Shown: in pieces, positions 32,625 to 43,768 of the stretch
How positions within the stretch are numbered: the first letter of the stretch is position 1
Layout of the letters: every line of letters begins with the position of its first letter
NCBI RefSeq assembly: GCF_001194135.2
Contig: NC_069005.1
Coordinates: 17,355,133-17,398,900, forward strand
Source: Octopus bimaculoides
Taxonomy: Eukaryota
DNA: 43,768 bases
Direction of reading: 5' to 3'
Program-made: the position numbers and the translations under genes
Notes under the pieces: generated by a model
Database searches by the model: none
Seen by the model: the letters and a program-made list of their open reading frames with translations, nothing else
Told to the model about the DNA's origin: nothing

Positions 32625-32735
32625 AACCAGTTGTTAAGTATCCCACCAGTGAGGATTTGATGTTAGATGGGTCGAAACAATTGTAGTGATTACTAAACAT
32701 TTTCGTATCTTCCATCTGTTTCTCTCATTAATCAA

Positions 32736-32774
<39 letters not shown>

Positions 32775-32949
32775 NNNNNNNNNNNNNNNNNNNNNNNNNN
32801 NNNNNNNNNNNNNNNNNNNNNNNNNNNNNNNNNNNNNNNNNNNNNNNNNNNNNNNNNNNNNNNNNNNNNNNNNNNNNNNNNNNNNNNNNNNNNNNNNNNN
32901 NNNNNNNNNNNNNNNNNNNNNNNNNNNNNNNNNNNNNNNNNNNNNNNNN
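32775..32949. other. Assembly gap (N)
   Basis: N run within (TA)n. Confidence 1.
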
Positions 32950-33034
32950 TATATATATATATATATATATATATGCATGTATGTATGTATTATGTATGCA
33001 AGTAAATCTTTCCTGTTATCTTTCTATCTTGACA

Positions 33035-33207
33035 CTTAACAACCGGTGTTGATTTGTTTACATTCTCGTGACTTACGGGTTTATCAATAAAATTATGACA
33101 GAATAAGTTTCAAGCTTAATATAAAAGTTGTGGCCAGTCAGTTCGTCGAAACCTTTTCGAGGCTGTGTCCTAGCATGGCTGTAGTTGTAGAATAAAAGAA
33201 AATAACT
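33035..33207 (+). mobile_element. SINE-like family A, diverged copy
   Basis: acaaccggtgttgatttgttt..gtgtcctagcatggctgtag..aataaaagaaaata. Confidence 0.65.
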
Positions 33208-33294
33208 AGTTCTTGCTCTTTTTTTGTTTTTGTTTACTTTCGACCACGTTGTAAAGTGTGGTCTTCCATTATTATTTCGAATGTGTATTTGTTT

Positions 33295-33440
33295 ATCTTT
33301 ACGTTCTGGGTTCAAATCTCGCCAAAATCGACCTTGCCTTTCATCATTCGGAGTCAATAAACTCAGTGCCAGTCGAGCACCCGCGTCGATGTAATCGACT
33401 AGTCCCCGACCTTTAAAATAGCGAGCCTTTTGCCAAAATG
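33295..33440 (+). mobile_element. SINE family B, 5'-truncated
   Basis: acgttctgggttcaaatctcgcc..cgaccttgcctttcatc..gtcgatgtaatcgact. Confidence 0.8.
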
Positions 33441-33494
33441 TGGATGAGTATATGCGTGTTTGTTCTTTGCTGTTCACTAATATAGCTGTCGAAT

Positions 33495-33680
33495 CAACGA
33501 CGCCAAATAGACGACAGCAAGTAGACGGCACCAAAAAGACGGTACCAAAAAGGCGGGACCAATAAAGCGGCAACAAGTAGGCGGTACCAGAATGGTGGAA
33601 CCAAATAGAAGGTACCAACAGGCGGCATCATGTAGGCGGAACCAAATAGGAGGTACCAAATAGACGTTACCAAAAAGGCT
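33495..33680. repeat. Degenerate minisatellite of 12-13-bp units (ggcggtaccaaa[t]a)
   Basis: About 13 imperfect units. Confidence 0.8.
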
Positions 33681-34087
33681 GGGCCAAAACATTTCATAAC
33701 CTTTCAGAGTCTGTGTTTTGTTGTATTTGTTGGTTTCTTTAAAGGTTAAGAAATGGATTTTTTGTTCGTTCTTTGTAGTTGTTTATATTAGTTTTCCCTT
33801 ATGCTTTATTACGTAATTTTATATTCCTACGTTGGATATTTTTGTTATAGATTTCTTGTTGTATAAGGCCACTACTTCTCTGTATCAGTAAATGTGATCA
33901 TTCTCTATCACATTCTAAATGAAGTCTGTCTGGTGTTGTCAATCTATTCAGCGTCTTGTTGGGAATATTATAAATTTTATTACTGGATCACTTAGAGTGT
34001 TGATGCTTATTACCTTCGTTTTTGCATGTTTTATGCATTGCTCTAATAAGCTTTTAATATTTCTTCCTACCCTACCGCTATCTTTCC

Positions 34088-34089
<2 letters not shown>

Positions 34090-34162
<73 letters not shown>
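34090..34162. repeat. (CT)n microsatellite
   Basis: Seen directly. Confidence 0.98.
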
Positions 34163-34170
<8 letters not shown>

Positions 34171-34189
34171 CTTCTCTTTGTTGTACTCT

Positions 34190-34850
34190 GCCTCGTTCAT
34201 CGGTATCCAAGTAATTATGAGTCTGTATTTAGTGTAATTTTCACATTTCAGTTTCTTTATCTGGTCTGATATCAGCATTTTCAATAAATTTTCCTCCCTT
34301 CAAGTGTGTCCTCGCACATTTTTCTAATCTGAATCTCGTATCAATTTCTCTTGTAAATCTGTGTCGTAATGTTTCTAGTTGTTTCTCTTTTGCAGCATAT
34401 AGATGAAGACCATCCATATACAAACGATGGTTGTCTGTCTTACTACTTCACTCGTATCCATGTCCAGTCCTGTTTAACATGACATGTAAAGGAATTAGTG
34501 TTAGGCACAAAAGGAAAGGCAACAGGAAGTTCCTTTGAGACAGTCTTTTTTTTAATTGGTACAGGTTTTGTTTTTCTATAAATCTCTCATTTGTTTGTAT
34601 CCGTAGAATCGTTTCTCATTTACCGTAGAATCGTATGTCATTTATTGATGACATCTTTCATATACCTGCTAATCATTAGTGCTATCTTATTTGTGACTTT
34701 TTTAACAAAATCCAAATGCAGGAAAACACTGGCCACAGCCGTCCTATAGTTAATCCGTTCATACACAGGCCTTTTTCTCTCCTAAAAACGGGTTTTACTC
34801 CAGATGTTTGTGATATTATTCTGTTATGTTATTACCATTAAGTCCTTTTA
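34190..34850 (-). mobile_element. Old Dong/R4-clade RT fragment
   Basis: Minus strand RINYRTAVASV (cf. WIDY.KAYDSV), LLCLTLIPLHVMLNRTGHGY, HRLYMDGLHLYAAK..LEKC. Confidence 0.75.
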
Positions 34851-35270
34851 AGCTGTAGTAAGGATTTGTAGCTTTTAGGGTATCTTTAATCTTGGTCTGG
34901 CATTCTCAACGGGGGCGATGTTGCATCCTAGGTGGCGAACATTCAGCTGAAGGGAATGATAATTTGTCACAAACAAATGGATATATATTTTTAAATACTT
35001 TATGTAAATGTGAACATTCGTAAATAATTATATTTTGCGATGGCGAATTAACAAACGCAAGGCAAAAAGTTGCCCATGTGTTCGTACACTTACATGTAAC
35101 CAATGTATTAAAATGAAATTTGACGAAAATAGTATCATAATGTTATATTATAAATAATAGGGATATGGTACTTATGTAAAAAAAAAAATTAACTTTCCTC
35201 TTGCGTATTGAAAGAACATAAAACAATGAAGTAAATTCCGTCTATTTGGTGCCGCGTTTTTGATGCCCTC

Positions 35271-35468
35271 TATCTTTAAAGTTATTTTTAAAGCTTTTTC
35301 TTCATTATTCAGGTCATTTACGATTTAGATGAGTTATTTTTTTATAATTAGTTACAAATACCATAATTAGAAGTACAAAAAATATGTCAACTAATTGTAA
35401 ATGACCTGAGTAATGTAGTCTGCTGCTATTAATTTCGAAGAAAAAAACTTTAAATGCCTTTAAAGATA
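35271..35468. repeat. Imperfect AT-rich inverted repeat (old fold-back element)
   Basis: tatctttaaag..tttaaag.tttttcttc/attattcaggtcatttac matches the reverse complement of 35391-35468 with a 22-bp indel. Confidence 0.6.
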
Positions 35469-35614
35469 AGGATACAAACGCTTGAAGATTACCAACAACA
35501 ACAATAATAATTGGTTGTCAGATCGATTGGTGCGTACCAGTCTTTCAATAGTAGTTGTTACAAGCGTGTGTTGCTCAATTATTACCATACTGATAGTAAT
35601 GGTACTCTGATAAT

Positions 35615-35821
35615 ATTGATTTCAAATTTTGGCACAAGGCCAGCAATTTCAGGGAGGGGGTAAATAGGTTACATTGACGTCAGTGCTCAACTGGTACTTA
35701 TTTCATCGACCCCAAAAAGATGAAAGGCAAAGTCGACCGACAGAATTTGAACTCAAACAGGAAGACGACGAAATGTCGATAAGCATTTTTCCCGGTAGAA
35801 TTTTTTCTACCAGCACGCCGC
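35615..35821 (-). mobile_element. SINE family B
   Basis: Reverse complement gives cggcgtgctggtag..gagttcaaattctgtcggtcgactttgcctttcatc. Confidence 0.85.
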
Positions 35822-35850
35822 ATTCAATTAGGCATTAATATTACCACAAC

Positions 35851-36005
35851 ACGTTCTCGGTTCAATTTCCACCGAGGTCCAATTTACCTTTCATCTTTTC
35901 AGAGTCGACAAAATAAGTACCAGTTGAGTACTGGGACGATGTAATCGACTTACCCCTCCCCCCGAAAGTGTAAAATCAATAGTGCCAAACTTTAAAATCA
36001 ATATT
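35851..36005 (+). mobile_element. SINE family B, 5'-truncated, inverted relative to its neighbour
   Basis: acgttctcggttcaatttccaccgaggtc..cctttcatc..aagtaccagttgagtactggg.cgatgtaatcgactt. Confidence 0.85.
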
Positions 36006-36069
36006 AATAACTAATTGCAAAGTATTATTTTTCTAAAATTCTATTTTCATGCCCTTTGCCTCTATAATC

Positions 36070-36610
36070 ATGGCTTGCAAAAAGAGAAGTGTAGACAGTA
36101 TGTAGAAATTTTGCTTCATCGAAAACAGCCTATATGTCTCATACGCAACAGCTCATTTTCTGATAAAGCTATGAAATTAGATCTCACAGCAAATAAGATC
36201 AGAATATTTAAAATGGATAGAACTAAGTAGTGATTTATTTTCATTTGAAGTACAGCCATGGACGACGGATCGTTTTGGCTGTGATATAGGATCCATCAGT
36301 GAAATTTCCAAGAACTTATTGAACTAAAATGTAGATACAAATTTACAAGAGGTGGAATAACTGGATTATGATTGTCAAATATATCTAAACAGTTGTATCC
36401 AAACATAGGATCTGAAATTACTAAAATACTATAGTGCTTTCCAGCTTCGTAACTGGTAGAATGTGGATTGAATGCAGAGAATAAAACCTTAACAAAGAAA
36501 GAAATATGAGCTATGAATGAATTCGAGAAGATATTAGACTATTAAAACTCACAAATTTTAGTTCAAATATAAAAATGTAACAGCAAAGTATCAAGTACAA
36601 GAGTCACATG
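36070..36610 (+). mobile_element. Internally deleted hAT (Buster/Charlie-like) transposase remnant
   Basis: N-terminal-like KEKCRQYVE..QPICLI..FSDKAMK joined within about 250 bp to C-terminal dimerisation-like FQELIELK..LYPNI..CFPAS*LVECG..DIRLLKLT..QVQESH*. Confidence 0.6.
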
Positions 36611-37666
36611 AAAAAAAAATAAGTAAAGTAATGTGTCATTTTCATTTAATATATTTGGAGATCGACTGCTTTGGAAAAATAGCGAAAAGTGGATGATAGG
36701 AGGCAAAAGATTGACCAGTAAATCAGACAAGTGTTTTTTTTTTTCTGGTCTTGTCAGTATTTCATTAAATTACTGTTAGCATATTAGTAGTCCCAGTTAA
36801 ATATTTCAATCAAGAGTTTTGTGGGTGCTATCGTGTACTGGAGCCTTGCAGTTGTTCGTTTCTAGAATCGGCCAGGCTATTTCTTGTGTTAATATGGCCT
36901 CCTCTTACGACGGTTCATTATTTTTGAACAAATGTCGTTTGTGGCGATCGTTTCCCTCTCCCTCCCCCTCCCTCAGATCCTCTTATTGTTAGTACTGCAT
37001 TGAATTACATCTTATTTAATTGTATTATTTGATTTGACTAAAATAAACATATTCAATTTGAGTGTTTATTCAAGAAATCTATCGCTTTTTAAACAGCGGG
37101 ATTTCTATTATTTTTTTTCTCGATAATATCATATATCATTTAATTTAACCTGTTGATAATGATGTTTGAGTGTGTTTTAATTTTTTCCGTTGGGCAGAAT
37201 TGCGGGATGGATTTCTTTTTATTGTCATTATTAAGCTTTGTCTGGGAGAAATACTTTCGTTGATCATGAAGAAAATATATCCTTTTAATTATTTATTTCT
37301 CCCTTTAGGTGAATATTATGTTCATGACTTTCATTTAAAGAGCTCCTATTCTTAAACATTCCTCATATTCCCTTTTATTTATATTTTCTGTTGGTCTGAT
37401 TTTTATTGGTCACTAATATATATACGTGCGTGTTGGGGGAGGGGGATATGGTTTCTTTATGTTCTGCTCTTTGTTTACGCAATGTGATTTGTTTTTGTTC
37501 GCTATTTGTCTTTTTATGATACATTATTTCTTTTAAATAATCAATTCCAATTGGGTGGGACTTTGAGAACGTATCTCCATATTTCAGCTATTCTCATCCT
37601 CATGTGTTACTAACAGGGAAACCTGATGTCGAGGGTCGTACTTCACCAGCCCTGGACCGCCTTCAG

Positions 37667-38230
37667 CAGAGATGTCAAGTGTACGGCTCGCTGGTCGGAT
37701 ACGGCCTGCGGTAATATTTATTCCAGCTTCCGGTATAATTTTAGGAAGAATTTCTTTCTAATTTAGAACATTCTGCATGCATTCACACGGAACTAGATTA
37801 GATTCATGATTAACACCAGTTCCAGTTAGTCAAGTCAATGTACTTTAGAGAACCTTTTGTTTTCCTAACGATTGAATAAGAAGTTTATGAATTCATATTC
37901 AGTCGATTCCAGTGATATGAACGACAGTAAAAGATTTTACAGTAGAGATAGAGTAAGTTTTCTATCAAACCTTGATCTTCTTAAGAACGATATGCATTCA
38001 TTTGGGCAATTTCTGTCTCTTTTCCCTCTCTAAGGGTTCTTATTTCAGAGGATTGTATATGTATATGAATGTGTATGTGTGCGCGTGTGTATGTATTATG
38101 CATGTGTATATGTATATATATATGTATATATATATATATATATAAATATAGATAGATATAGATAGATAGATGCATACATATTTGTATATACACACACATA
38201 TATATACATATATACATATACATGCACGTG

Positions 38231-38269
<39 letters not shown>

Positions 38270-38487
38270 CATGTGAATCTCTGCATAGAAACTTTGCTAA
38301 CATCTCATATTCGTTCCTTCTTTTATTGTTGATAAATTCATTATAGTGTATATTGAATCCCTTATCCATTTACTTTGGTGTATATTATGAAGAGGGTTTT
38401 GAGGAATAATCGTCCGCCCCATTCGGCCCGCCAGATCTAGTTTTTGTTTTAATCCAGCCTACAAACCTCTGAGCTCGAAGCTTTGAT
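37667..38487. mobile_element. Possible non-autonomous hAT (Charlie-like) element with an internal microsatellite
   Basis: Left end cagagatgtcaagtgtacggctcgctggtcggatacggcctgcgg resembles CAGGG.TGTCAAAC..CGGCCCGCGGGCCGGATCCGGCCCGCG ends. Degenerate cggcccgcc..aatccagcct motifs at 38425-38470. No TSD confirmed. Confidence 0.45.
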
Positions 38488-39137
38488 CAGTAGAAACATT
38501 TCTACTAGCAGCCATGATGGAGACAAGGATACAGAGTGAGGTTACGTCGCTGTTGGGAATAGTAAAAAGAGTAAGAGTGACAAATATAGAGTGAACCAAA
38601 GCAAAAGGCAAACATTGGGCTAGGAGCCCCTCATGAAGAGGCCTCCACTTCTCACCCTACTTTCTCACTGAGTGTTCTAACCGAAGGGAGAACCCTATCC
38701 ATCTTACTCTAATGATGGAGATAAAAGATAACAAACCAAATACTGTAGAGGTTGAGGCGGCAAGAACCAAGCACTCAAGGTTATTAATGGTTGATAAAGA
38801 CGATTTTAAAGATCTGCTGTCACTTCAAAAACATCTTTACGGCCTGGCTAAGGCCCAAATGCACATAAGCAATTTCGGAAATCCCCGTTTGACCACGGTG
38901 AGATTTGAACTCAAAACGTGTTATAATCCTAGTAAAAGCATCTGACATAGACTCAAGGGCTAAAATTTGAGGAAAGGGAACGGTGCTAATGAAGGCGCGT
39001 GATCGATCGCTGTAAATGAGTAACTCTATGTCGAACTAGCGTTCAGTCCTGGGGTAATAGTGCGAAGATCTCGCTCATTTATGCGCCATGGAAACTGAAC
39101 TTGTGAGTCCTAGAACTCGAGAATAATTGTCCAGAGC

Positions 39138-39184
39138 TTGATGATGATGATGATAATGATGATGATGATGATGATGATGATGAT
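39138..39184. repeat. (GAT)n microsatellite
   Basis: Seen directly. Confidence 0.95.
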
Positions 39185-39204
39185 AAGTAGGAAAAGGAGG
39201 GAGG

Positions 39205-39327
39205 ATTATAGACGGATAAATCAATTCCAGTACTTGATTTGCACTTTATTTCATAGAACACACCCCACCCCCACCCCCGAAAGATAAAAGGCAAAGAAGA
39301 TTTTGATATAATTTGAACTCAGAACAT
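39205..39327 (-). mobile_element. SINE family B, diverged partial copy
   Basis: Reverse complement gttctgagttcaaatt..tttgcctttt.tctttcggggg..aagtactgga.ttgattta. Confidence 0.6.
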
Positions 39328-39472
39328 GTCATATTTAACAATAACAACAACCTTATCAACAACATCAGTAATAAACAAGAACAATAGGATGCATGTGACG
39401 ATTCTACATTCAATTTAGATTTATTAGTTTGTCATTTTGCGTTCTATTATTCACAAGTCAGAAGAATTGAAA

Positions 39473-39560
39473 CAATAATAATAATAATAATAATAATGAT
39501 AATAATAATAATAATAATAACAACAACAACAATAACAATAATTATTATTATAACAATAAG
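39473..39560. repeat. (TAA)/(CAA)n microsatellite
   Basis: Seen directly. Confidence 0.95.
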
Positions 39561-40088
39561 AATAATGGTAATTTTTTAAAAACAAATCATACATACCTAA
39601 TTTGTTCACCTCTAATGTGTGTCACCTTTTGTGAATTTTCCATCATAATCATGCTTTGTATTGTTTTAAATCTTGTAGGTTTTAGGGAATTTTCAAAATT
39701 ATTTTTAGAAGTTTTTTGATATTTTTTTCCATTCATGAATAGATTTCAATGACGTACATACACATTCGAATTTCGAAAAAGTTTGTGTTTGTGTGTGTGT
39801 GCGCGCGTTTATATTTATGTTTGTGTGTGTTTGTAGTTGAGTTGTGGGTCTGTGTATATATTTCTGTCTTTGTGTTTAAGTACGTGCTTGTATATTTTTT
39901 AATTGTGAATATGTGCGTATATTTGTGTGTTTATGTATGTACACGTATCCGTGAGTGTATGTGTGATAGTTTTGTGTTCATTCATGCGTACGTGTGCATC
40001 TATTTCTATAACTGTCTTGTAGTTATATATCTATGCATACATGTGTACGCACGCACAAACACAAATACACACGCACATCTATATATAT

Positions 40089-40249
40089 GACGGGCTTCTT
40101 TCAGTTTCCGTCTACCAAATCTATTCACAAGGCTTTGGTCGGCTCGAGGGCATAGTAGAAGACACTTGCCCAAGGTGCCACGCAGTGGGACTGAAGCCGG
40201 AACCATGTGGTTGATAAGCAAGCTACTTACCGGATAGCCACGCCTGCGC
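40089..40249 (-). mobile_element. tRNA-derived SINE (family D)
   Basis: Minus strand gcgcaggcgtggctatccggtaag..ggttccggcttcagtcccactgcgtggcaccttgggcaagtgtcttctactatg..ggtagacggaaactgaaagaagcccgtc: tRNA-like head plus body. Confidence 0.85.
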
Positions 40250-40264
40250 GTATTACATATATAT

Positions 40265-40801
40265 NNNNNNNNNNNNNNNNNNNNNNNNNNNNNNNNNNNN
40301 NNNNNNNNNNNNNNNNNNNNNNNNNNNNNNNNNNNNNNNNNNNNNNNNNNNNNNNNNNNNNNNNNNNNNNNNNNNNNNNNNNNNNNNNNNNNNNNNNNNN
40401 NNNNNNNNNNNNNNNNNNNNNNNNNNNNNNNNNNNNNNNNNNNNNNNNNNNNNNNNNNNNNNNNNNNNNNNNNNNNNNNNNNNNNNNNNNNNNNNNNNNN
40501 NNNNNNNNNNNNNNNNNNNNNNNNNNNNNNNNNNNNNNNNNNNNNNNNNNNNNNNNNNNNNNNNNNNNNNNNNNNNNNNNNNNNNNNNNNNNNNNNNNNN
40601 NNNNNNNNNNNNNNNNNNNNNNNNNNNNNNNNNNNNNNNNNNNNNNNNNNNNNNNNNNNNNNNNNNNNNNNNNNNNNNNNNNNNNNNNNNNNNNNNNNNN
40701 NNNNNNNNNNNNNNNNNNNNNNNNNNNNNNNNNNNNNNNNNNNNNNNNNNNNNNNNNNNNNNNNNNNNNNNNNNNNNNNNNNNNNNNNNNNNNNNNNNNN
40801 N
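40265..40801. other. Assembly gap (N)
   Basis: N run. Confidence 1.
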
Positions 40802-41599
40802 CAATAGAAGGAAAACAAAAATCATTGAAAAATAGAAATAAACAAATTTTAAAAATAAATAGTTTCTGAATAAAATAAAGTGTCGTTTCGCTGAGGATGC
40901 AACTGGTAGTTTATTGCTTTCACTTGGGGTAGGAGAGTTGATGGGAGGGAGTAAGTTTTTTTTTCTCTTTTTTTTTTTTGAATTTTTAATTTTTTTCCTT
41001 TGTTTTGTTTAGTTCTTTTTTTTTTAGATTTTTTTTTTTTTGTTTGAAGCAAAAAGTTAATTATCGTTTAAAACAGCATAAAACCGGGAAACGATTCTGA
41101 GCATCTATTAGACCGACCGCCAATTGGTCGAGGCAAATTAACACCTCTCACACGGAGTATTGTAATATTTTCGTCATGTCCTTGGAAGAAATTAACAGAG
41201 AATTTTTTTAAAATTAACAAATACGGTTTCGTCAAACTGTAATAAGATGGAAGTCTACTTTTAGAGCGGGGGGTGAAGTAATTAACATGTTTTGCCACGG
41301 TATTCCCAGCCACGATATTCCATGGCGTTGGGAAAAGAAGAAAAGGAAGTATCGGTAGTCTTAGTAGTTTTTGTTCTTGTTGTTGGGGAGATAATTATTT
41401 TGTTTATAGCTATGCCTGTGTAATGATGTGGGTATAAACACCGATGGTCCGAGATATACTAATTGTGACCAGCTTGTTATGTTCACCAAACAACATTTTT
41501 CAAGTGTGTACGATAAAAGAAAAGCAGAAAGGTGTAGTTTCAGGCCCAGCGAGTGATCGTATTACCTCATGAGATGTAATGTCGTATTGTTTGTGTGGA

Positions 41600-42030
41600 T
41601 GGCTTTGGTGGTGGTTGTAGCGATGATCTATGTTGTCCTGGTGGTGATGGTGGGGGTTGTATGATGGTTGTTGTCTGTAATGATGCTTATTGTTGAGCTG
41701 GTGGTGCAGGTGGCGCTGGTGGCTTTTGTTGTCATAGAGGTCATAGGTGTGGTGCTAGTAGTGGCGGTGGCGGTTGTAGTGACGACGGTGGTTGTGGTGA
41801 TGGTGATGTCTGAGGTGGTGGACGTCGTGATGAAAGTGGTTGCGGTGGTAGTGGTAGTTGTGGTGATGGTGATTATGATTTTCGCGGTTGTGGCAGGGGT
41901 GATGGTCGTAATGGTTGTAGTAGTGATGGCGTTTGTGGTGGTGGTGGCGACGGCGGTTGTGATTGGTAGTGATTGTGGTGGTTGTGGTGGTGGTTGTGGT
42001 GGTTGTGGTTATGGTGATGATTATGGTGGT
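41600..42030. repeat. Degenerate (GGT/GTT)n low-complexity tract
   Basis: Seen directly; explains the poly-Val and poly-His ORFs. Confidence 0.9.
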
Positions 42031-42550
42031 GTTTTTTATTGTTGCCGTGGAGGTAGTAGTGCTGCTTTTTGGCTGGGGTACCGGGGTAGAGAATCGTTAC
42101 GTCTGTGATAGTGTTCATTAGATATTGCAGTAGTTGTTGCATTATAGTGCGCTAAAGTATAGTGTGCAACAGTGTATAGGAATGCATTGAGGTGGTGTTA
42201 GACGTAGCATGTCGTAGTATATCGCAGGGTTGATTGGATTAGTATACTATAGTATGATTAGTATACTATGGTATGAAATTATTTAGTGACATTTGCCAAA
42301 ACGTGCTGTGTAGCGTTGTCTGGCGCATTGTGACATGGCGAGGTGTAACATAGAGTTTTGTAGCGCCGCGTTTAACAGTGTAGTTTGTTTGTTATATTAC
42401 AATATGGTATAGTGTTATTATTCTTGTTGTTGTTTAGTCCCCGGGAAAATCAATTAGATTCTAGTTGCGGCCATTCCGATTTCTTTCTCAGATCGATAGC
42501 TATATACAGGTATATCTTTACTACATATGTACATATCTACATATGTGTGC

Positions 42551-42551
<1 letters not shown>

Positions 42552-42622
<71 letters not shown>
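42552..42622. repeat. (TA)n microsatellite
   Basis: Seen directly. Confidence 0.98.
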
Positions 42623-42624
<2 letters not shown>

Positions 42625-42628
<4 letters not shown>

Positions 42629-43768
42629 TACAAATGCCATAGACGATTAAAACACCTCGATGGCCGACAACCGAGAGAGCAAGCTGGTTTCCGTAAGAGA
42701 CAATGTATGATAGATCATATATTCACGGTAACACCCCTCATAGAACGAGCGGACGAATACAAGCTTCCTCTATGTATCGCTTTTGTTGATTACGAAAAGA
42801 ACTTCGATAGCTTCGAGATGGACGCAGTATTGAAATCTGGAAATTCAAGGTGTCTAGCCGCAATACAACAAACTGCTCTGAGATACAAGCTCTGGATGCA
42901 CAACAGATATAGCTCTGCTATCACCGCCAGTAAAGGTTCCAATTCAGAAGGATGTCAAGCAAGGAGATACCTTCTCTCTAAAGCTCTTTACCGTATGTCT
43001 AGAAATGGTCATCAAGGACATCAACTGGATAACTGGATTGAACATCAATGGCGAGTAACTAACACACCTCCGATTCGCAGATGACATTGTACTCATTGCT
43101 GAGACCACGGATCAGCTGCAGACCATGATGACAGAGCTGAACACTCAGAGCTTAATAGTAGGTCTTAAAATTAATCACACAAAAACAAAATATATGCGGT
43201 CGGAAGACATAGTACAAGACCAAATAGCGGTGGGAAGCGATAATATCGAGGTGGTAAAGGAGTGCATCTACTTGGGACATACATTGAATGTGCGCCGAAA
43301 TATGGATGCTAAAATTTCAAAGAGAATAAGAGCAGGATCAAAGGCATTTAAGTCAATAAAGGATATGCTCCAAACAAAGCCAGACAATGCCATACATGCC
43401 AGAATCTTCAATAGCATCGTCCTAACCACGCGTTTATACGCAAGTGAGACGAGGGCTACTATGAAGAGAATAGAACATCGTTTGGTTACGATGCAAAGAG
43501 CCATGGAAAAATTCATGCTAAGAACATCACTAAGAGAACATATTCGAAATGAGATAATTCAAGAAAGGAGAGGAGTGAAAGACATGATCGCAGAGTACCG
43601 AAAGCACAAAGAACAAATGAACTCGTGCAGTTGGTGGGTGGTATCCAAGAGATGGGAGTCTTTTAGATAGGAAGACGATTTAGTCAATGGAATAAAACGG
43701 TACAATCAAGATAGAATTGGAAGTGCATTGTGACCAACAGTGTAGAACAACTTCTGATGATCGTTACT
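42625..43768 (+). mobile_element. RTE-clade LINE, 5'-truncated reverse transcriptase remnant
   Basis: QPREQAGFRK..IDHIF..EYKLPLCIAFVDYEKNFDS; HLRFADDIVLIAE (~43075); GLKINHTKTKYM..CIYLG; LYASET..QRAMEKFML..HIRNEII. Contains frameshifts. Confidence 0.93.

Noticed and set aside
37000-37420. Possible L1-like C-terminal remnant
   Set aside because: Too degenerate; only vague motif resemblance.
38712-38945. 77-aa ORF in non-repetitive sequence
   Set aside because: No recognisable domain or splice context; the length is expected by chance.
8394-40869. Long six-frame ORFs of 100-455 aa filled with X
   Set aside because: They run through N gaps and (TA)n/(CA)n tracts and are artefacts.
41668-42142. 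Poly-Val and His/Pro-rich ORFs
   Set aside because: Produced by the degenerate (GGT)n tract.

Overview
AT-rich, microsatellite- and transposon-saturated eukaryotic DNA with ten N-gaps (about 4.2 kb in total). I infer a cephalopod (octopus-type) intron or intergenic region from the SINE families and the simple-repeat density; this is not proven. I found no intact host gene, rRNA, functional tRNA or CRISPR array. The window is a stack of decayed mobile elements. Retroelements: three or more Dong/R4-clade LINE remnants (largest 4045-6893), an L1/Tx1-like ORF1 with a CCHC knuckle, three different Penelope-like elements (PLEs), an RTE-clade RT, a possible solo LTR and many SINEs. DNA elements: a Helitron helicase remnant, a full-length Tc1-type element with DD36E spacing (Incomer-like), a mariner derivative made of two 5' ends, hAT remnants and four long fold-back palindromes. 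The most notable non-obvious signal is a set of minimal hammerhead-ribozyme-like motifs (510-561, 13749-13782, 19332-19366, 24310-24352). The two clearest have a palindromic 6-mer in place of helix III. Two of the four lie in the 5' flanks of PLEs, antisense to the ORF. All copies carry core substitutions, so they are probably fossils.
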